Shown: positions 59,302 to 64,000 of the stretch, in pieces | Position numbering within the stretch: the stretch's first letter is position 1 | Layout of the letters: each line of letters starts with the position of its first letter | Assembly: GCA_050117845.1 (NCBI GenBank) | Contig: JASFLY010000008.1 | Coordinates: forward strand, 1-64,000 | Source of the DNA: Candidatus Zixiibacteriota bacterium | GTDB taxonomy: Bacteria > RBG-13-66-14 > B26-G2 > WVWN01 | DNA length: 64,000 nucleotides | Direction of reading: 5' to 3' | Program-made: the position numbers and the translations under genes | Notes under the pieces: model-generated | Database searches by the model: none | What the model was told of the DNA's origin: nothing | What the model saw: the letters and a program-made list of their open reading frames with translations, nothing else

Positions 59302-59439
59302 GTGGGGGCGACTGGCCAGTCGCCCCTATCCCGATCGGTTAAAAACGGCGGCCTAAAGGCCGCCGCTTCGATTATTATATGAGTACCACCGACATTCCTG
59401 TCGGTGATTAAGGTTCACCGGCAAGAATGCCGGTGCCAC
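59302..59439. repeat. REP cluster 4, extending into the pta 3' end
   Basis: Palindromes at 59302-59329, 59346-59365, 59387-59406 and 59416-59439. Confidence 0.85.
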
Positions 59440-60430
59440 GTTGCGTCGCCGTTATCGCGACGACGTCGACGATATCGTCGGTCTTGGCGCCGCGGCTGAG
59501 GTCGTTCATCGGTTTCGCCAGGCCCTGCGTAATGGGCCCCACGGCCCGGGCTCCCGCCAACCGTTCGACCAACTTGTAGCCGATGTTCCCGGCGTTAAGG
59601 TCCGGGAAGATGAGGACGTTGGCCCGGCCGGCCACCGGCGAGGCCGGGGCCTTGCGCTCCGCGACCGACGGGATGACGGCGGCGTCCAGTTGCAGCTCAC
59701 CGTCGACGTCGAGGTCCGGCGCCTTCTGCCGCGCGATTTCGACGGCCCGGCGGACCTTGTCCACGGACTCGTGTTCGCCCGAGCCCTTGGTGCTGAACGA
59801 CAGCAGGGCGACGGCCGGGTCGGTGCCCGTCAGTTGCCGGAAGGAGCGGCCTGTGGTCGTCGCGACGTCGGCCAGCTGCTCCGCGTTCGGCTCCACGAGA
59901 AGGGCGCAGTCGGCGAAGAAAATAACGCCCTTCTCGCCGAACTTCGGGTTGCCGGTTATCATCGCGAAGAAGGTGGAGAGGGTATCGACTCCGGGGGCGA
60001 GGCCGACGAGGTGCAACGCGGCCCGCATAACCGTCGCGGTGGCCGTGGCGGCGCCGCCGACGACGGCGTCCACGTCTCCCCGGCGCAGAAGGTACGCGCC
60101 GAAGAACATCGGCTCGAGGACCGTGGCGGACGCCTCTTCCGGCGTCAGGCCCTTGTGTTTACGGAGTTCGAAGTATTCGCCGGCGGCCTCCTCGCGCAGG
60201 GGGTCCTCGGCCGGGATCACCAGCGTGAATCGGCTCAGGTCGGCTTGGCATTTGGCGGCGGCGGCTTCCGCGGACGGGAGGTCGCGCGTAATCAGCGTCA
60301 CTTCCCGGGCGAAACCGGCGTCGAGGGCCCGGGCGCCGGTGGCGACGATGCGTTCGTCGTGGCCCTCCGGCAGGCAGAGGCGAATAGGCGCTCGGGCGGC
60401 TTTCTCGCGTATGTGACTTAGAAAAGGCGT
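59408..60430 (-). CDS. pta: Phosphate acetyltransferase (apparent ACG start)
   Basis: [11 protein letters not shown] upstream of the ORF-track start; [40 protein letters not shown]. Confidence 0.92.
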   Translation of the reverse strand, partial: TPFLSHIREKAARAPIRLCLPEGHDERIVATGARALDAGFAREVTLITRDLPSAEAAAAKCQADLSRFTLVIPAEDPLREEAAGEYFELRKHKGLTPEEASATVLEPMFFGAYLLRRGDVDAVVGGAATATATVMRAALHLVGLAPGVDTLSTFFAMITGNPKFGEKGVIFFADCALLVEPNAEQLADVATTTGRSFRQLTGTDPAVALLSFSTKGSGEHESVDKVRRAVEIARQKAPDLDVDGELQLDAAVIPSVAERKAPASPVAGRANVLIFPDLNAGNIGYKLVERLAGARAVGPITQGLAKPMNDLSRGAKTDDIVDVVAITATQRGTGILAGEP

Positions 60431-60506
60431 AGTCGACCCTCCTCGGGATTGGAAGGTAAAAAGAGCGGGTTAAGCATTATTCAAAGAACGGACAGGGCGG
60501 GGCGGC

Positions 60507-62585
60507 CTAGAGGACTTCCGCGCCCGCCGGGAGGTCGCCGTCGACGACCAGGATTTTTACCACGTCGTGATGTTGGGCCGCGAGGAGCATACCCCGCGAT
60601 TCCTCGCCCCGTATCTTGGCGGGCTGCATGTTCTTCACGATGATTATCTTCCGACCGGCCAACGCTTCGGGTTCGTACCAGGGCGCGATGCCGGCTACGA
60701 CCGGCCTTTCTTCGCCGCCGAGGTCCACGGTCATCTTGAGGAGCTTGTCCGCCCCGGCGACTCGTTCACACGTTTTCACTTCGGCTACTACCAACCCCAA
60801 TTTCTTAACGTCGTCTATAGTTACGTACGTTTCGGTCATATCCTCCTCCGGCGGTTTACCCGATTCTTCGGCCGCGGTTTTTTCCTTTGTGTTTTCCTCG
60901 GCCGGCGTCCCGTCGCGTTGCTGTAGCGCGGCCACGTGGGATTCGACGCGGCCTTCGTCTATTTTCTCGATCAGTATTTTAATCTCGCCCAGGGGCGCCC
61001 CTTCCGGGATGGCCGGCGTTTTGGCCTGCTCCCAGGTAAGCGGCGCCGCGAGGGAAAGCATCCTTCTTATCTCTTCGGCGGCGAGGGGCGTGAACGGCTC
61101 GAACGCGGTCGCGAGAGAGGCGGCCAGGCGGCAGGACACGTTCAATATGGCCTCGGCCCGCGGCCTGTCCGTCTTGCGCCGGGCCCAGGGCTCCTCGTCG
61201 TTGTAATACTTATTGGCCGCCCGGGCGATTTCGAGCGCGGCGGCGAGAGCGGCCCGCATCTCGTATTTCTCGATGTGCGCGGCCTCAACCTCGAGTTGCC
61301 GGCTCGCCGTCGCGAGAAGGGCCTCGTCGCTTGCGGTTAACGCGCCGGCCCGCGGCACCTCGTTGCCGAGGTAGTTTTTGATAAAGGTGAGCGAGCGGTT
61401 GACGAAGTTCCCGAAGATGTCGGCCAGCTCCGAGTTCACGCGCGTCGCCATATCGGCGAAGGAGAAGTCGGCGTCCTTCGTCTCGGGCGCGTTGGCCGTC
61501 AGGTAGTAGCGCAGCGCGTCCACCTGGAAGTCGGCCACCGCGTCCTCGGCCCAGACGGCCCAGTTGCGGCTGGTCGAGATCTTGCGGCCCTCGAGGTTGA
61601 GGAACTCGTTGGCCGGAATCTGGAAGGGGAGGTTGTAGTTTTCCGGCTGGCCCATGAGCATCGCCGGCCAGACGATGGCGTGGAAGACGATATTGTCCTT
61701 GCCGATGAAGTGGACGACCTTCGAGTCCGGGTCGAGCCAGTAGTCCCGCCACTTCTCCGGTTCGCCGCGTTTCCGGGCCCACTCGATAGTCGAGCTAACG
61801 TAGCCGATGGGGGCGTCGAACCAGACGTAGAGGACCTTGCCCGCGGCCTCTTCCAGCGGCACCGGGACGCCCCAGTCGATGTCGCGGGTGATGGCCCGGT
61901 CGGCGAGGCCCTCGTCCAGCCAGCTCAGGCAGAACTTGCGGACGTTGTCGCGCCAGTGGGTATTGGCGGCCAGCCACTCCCGCAGGCGGGCGGCGAACTT
62001 CGGCAGCTCGAGGTACCAGTGGGTCGTCTTCCGGGCGACCGGGGGGCCGTCGCAGATTTTGCAGCGGGGGTCTTCGAGTTCGGTCGCGGCCAGCCAGCGG
62101 CCGCAGCTCTCGCACTGGTCGCCGCGGGCGTCGGGACAGCCGCAATGGGGGCAGGTACCCTCGACGTAACGGTCCGGCAGGAAGCGGCCGCAGTTCTCGC
62201 AGTACAGTTGTTCCGTCTCCCGGGCGGTGATGTAGCCGCCGCGGTACAGGTTCGTGAAGAACTCCTGCGCCCGGGGGTAATGTATATCCCGAAGGGTCGT
62301 GCGGCTGTAATTGTCGAAGGTGAAGGCAAAGCCGTCGAAGGCTTTCTGCATCGCCTCGTGGTAGTGGTCGACGAGTCGTTGCGGGGACACGCCCCGGCGT
62401 TCCGCGCTGACGGTTATGGGGACGCCGTGTTCGTCGGACCCGCAGATATAGACGACGTCTTTCCCGGCGAGGCGGAGGTAGCGGACGTACGAGTCGGCCG
62501 GCATGTACGCCCCGGCGAGTTGGCCCACGTGCAGGGGGCCGTTGGCGTACGGCAGGGCGCTGGTTACCAGATATCTTTCGGCCAT
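60507..62585 (-). CDS. metG: Methionine--tRNA ligase with C-terminal tRNA-binding domain
   Basis: SALPYANGPLHVG, zinc knuckles, YVWFDA, GKDNIVFH, KISTS, SRGMLL. Confidence 0.97.
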   Translation of the reverse strand: MAERYLVTSALPYANGPLHVGQLAGAYMPADSYVRYLRLAGKDVVYICGSDEHGVPITVSAERRGVSPQRLVDHYHEAMQKAFDGFAFTFDNYSRTTLRDIHYPRAQEFFTNLYRGGYITARETEQLYCENCGRFLPDRYVEGTCPHCGCPDARGDQCESCGRWLAATELEDPRCKICDGPPVARKTTHWYLELPKFAARLREWLAANTHWRDNVRKFCLSWLDEGLADRAITRDIDWGVPVPLEEAAGKVLYVWFDAPIGYVSSTIEWARKRGEPEKWRDYWLDPDSKVVHFIGKDNIVFHAIVWPAMLMGQPENYNLPFQIPANEFLNLEGRKISTSRNWAVWAEDAVADFQVDALRYYLTANAPETKDADFSFADMATRVNSELADIFGNFVNRSLTFIKNYLGNEVPRAGALTASDEALLATASRQLEVEAAHIEKYEMRAALAAALEIARAANKYYNDEEPWARRKTDRPRAEAILNVSCRLAASLATAFEPFTPLAAEEIRRMLSLAAPLTWEQAKTPAIPEGAPLGEIKILIEKIDEGRVESHVAALQQRDGTPAEENTKEKTAAEESGKPPEEDMTETYVTIDDVKKLGLVVAEVKTCERVAGADKLLKMTVDLGGEERPVVAGIAPWYEPEALAGRKIIIVKNMQPAKIRGEESRGMLLAAQHHDVVKILVVDGDLPAGAEVL

Positions 62586-62736
62586 ATTCCTTCCCGGTTT
62601 GGGGTCTTGTCGCGGAGTCTAACACAGGTGGCGCTGGACGGTCAAACGTTATTAGCCGGGGCCGCGCCCTCGGTGGCATAAAGAAACAGGGGAGCCGGAA
62701 GGCTCCCCTGGTACGTGCTTTTTAGCCTTGTTTCGC

Positions 62737-63399
62737 TTAGAAGTAAAGCGCTTTTACGCGGCCGATGCTCGAAGGAGAGACAGCCGGGTTGTTCTCGTTG
62801 TCCATTACGACGCGCATCATGATGTTGTAGTAACCCGTGCTGTTCGAGTTCGGGGACCAGGTGCCACCGTAGTAAACCCACGAGTGGTTGAGGAAGGTCG
62901 GGTTGTTGTCGACGACGTGCGGGTCGCAGTTCGGGTAGTTGTAGTACTGCTCCATGGCCGGCACGAAAGCCTTGAGGCCGGAGGGGAGTATCCAACCGAC
63001 GGGGATTTCTTTCCAACCGTTCGAACCGGTCGGTACGTACCATTCGGGGCCCCAGAGCATCGAACCCGGGACGCCGCCGGAGAAGGAGTATACGCCGACA
63101 CGGAAGCCGTCCCATACGCCGTTCGGCCAGCTGGGATAGCAGTACAAACGGATCGTGCGGATGTACGGGTAGCTCTTGACGGTGCTAATGTTGAAATCGT
63201 TACCGACATACGTCCCGGCACCGGTGTACCAGGCGATACCGTAGGAACTCGAGCCCGAATCCCAGGACAACTCTACCGTAGCGTCGTTCGCGGGTTCGTT
63301 ATTCGAGAACTCGGGGGGGGCTTTATCGACGGCCATGTCAGCCGCCCAGGCACCGGCTACTAAAGCTAACAGGCCGGCAAACAAAGCAAAATTCTTCAT
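62737..63399 (-). CDS. Secreted protein with C-terminal tag (VSPSSIGRVKALYF)
   Basis: MKNFALFAGLLALVAGAWA signal peptide after AGGAGG; shared tail. Confidence 0.82.
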   Translation of the reverse strand: MKNFALFAGLLALVAGAWAADMAVDKAPPEFSNNEPANDATVELSWDSGSSSYGIAWYTGAGTYVGNDFNISTVKSYPYIRTIRLYCYPSWPNGVWDGFRVGVYSFSGGVPGSMLWGPEWYVPTGSNGWKEIPVGWILPSGLKAFVPAMEQYYNYPNCDPHVVDNNPTFLNHSWVYYGGTWSPNSNSTGYYNIMMRVVMDNENNPAVSPSSIGRVKALYF

Positions 63400-63496
63400 T
63401 GGCAAAGACCTCCTAATTTATCTTCCGCCGGCTCAGGGGCCAGCAACGATTTGGAAAATTTCCCCCGGCGGTGCACGCCGAGGCTCCTAAAGTAAT

Positions 63497-63525
63497 ATTT
63501 AACATTGTAGACGCCTAAATGTCAA
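63497..63525 (-). promoter_or_regulatory. Sigma70-type promoter
   Basis: TTGACA-17 nt-TTAAAT. Confidence 0.55.
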
Positions 63526-63612
63526 GGGAAAAATGGGAGAAGGCGCTTTTTTCGCCGTTCATACCTTGATAATACCTCGCCTGAAAGGCGATTCGCCCGT
63601 CCCGGAGGAGCC

Positions 63613-64000
63613 TCAGGCACCCCCGGCGCCAACTCGCCTTTTCCACCTGACACCCTCGGCGGTATCCTCGAGGACTATACCCATCGCGGCCAGGCGGTCG
63701 CGGATTTCGTCGGCCCGGGCGAAGTTTTTCTCCTTTCGGGCCTCTTCCCGGTCGGCGATAAGCTTCTCGATTTCAGCGTCCAGTACGACCGGCGCCGGGT
63801 GGAAAACGTCCAGAATCCTGTCAAACGAATCGAGCGCTTCGATGATTTCGCTACGGCCTATCCCCGATAGCCGCCCCTCGTCCATGGCCCGATTGGCCTC
63901 CGTAACGAGGTCGAAAACGGCCGCCAGCGCTTCGGCTACGGCCAGGTCGGCGTCGAGCGCCGCTTCGAACTCGGCCGCGGCGTCTCGAATTTGCTCGGCC
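63613..64000 (-). CDS. cysS: Cysteine--tRNA ligase, C-terminal part
   Basis: ALDADL...[43 protein letters not shown]. Confidence 0.9.
   Translation of the reverse strand, partial: AEQIRDAAAEFEAALDADLAVAEALAAVFDLVTEANRAMDEGRLSGIGRSEIIEALDSFDRILDVFHPAPVVLDAEIEKLIADREEARKEKNFARADEIRDRLAAMGIVLEDTAEGVRWKRRVGAGGA

Overview
GC-rich bacterial chromosomal window. Secreted proteins ending in a 'P-x-S-[FLI]-G-x-[VI]-K-A-[LM]-Y' tail suggest an FCB-associated candidate phylum (inference only). Housekeeping genes: clpP, tRNA-Ala(GGC), tldD/pmbA, PiT transporter with DUF47, def, gyrB-recF-dnaN with no adjacent dnaA, trxA, purL/purQ, pta, metG and partial cysS. Envelope and glycosylation genes are abundant: five GT-C-type membrane proteins, SpsF/NeuB/GNAT nonulosonate genes, an NAD epimerase and a PAP2 phosphatase. 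Main findings: (1) a 742-aa membrane protein whose motifs track eukaryotic DPY19 tryptophan C-mannosyltransferases, coupled to the PAP2 gene; (2) four otherwise dissimilar secreted proteins sharing one C-terminal tag; (3) four Gly/Ala-rich paralogs ending in a beta-signal-like hairpin; (4) a RAYT transposase with five clusters of diverse GTAG/GTGG REP palindromes, whose cores differ at the same position of a repeated unit and which lie beside AT-rich genes (trypsin-like protease, OLD nuclease); (5) apparent ACG/ATA starts and several leaderless promoters. All family assignments come from motif recognition by eye; no searches were run.
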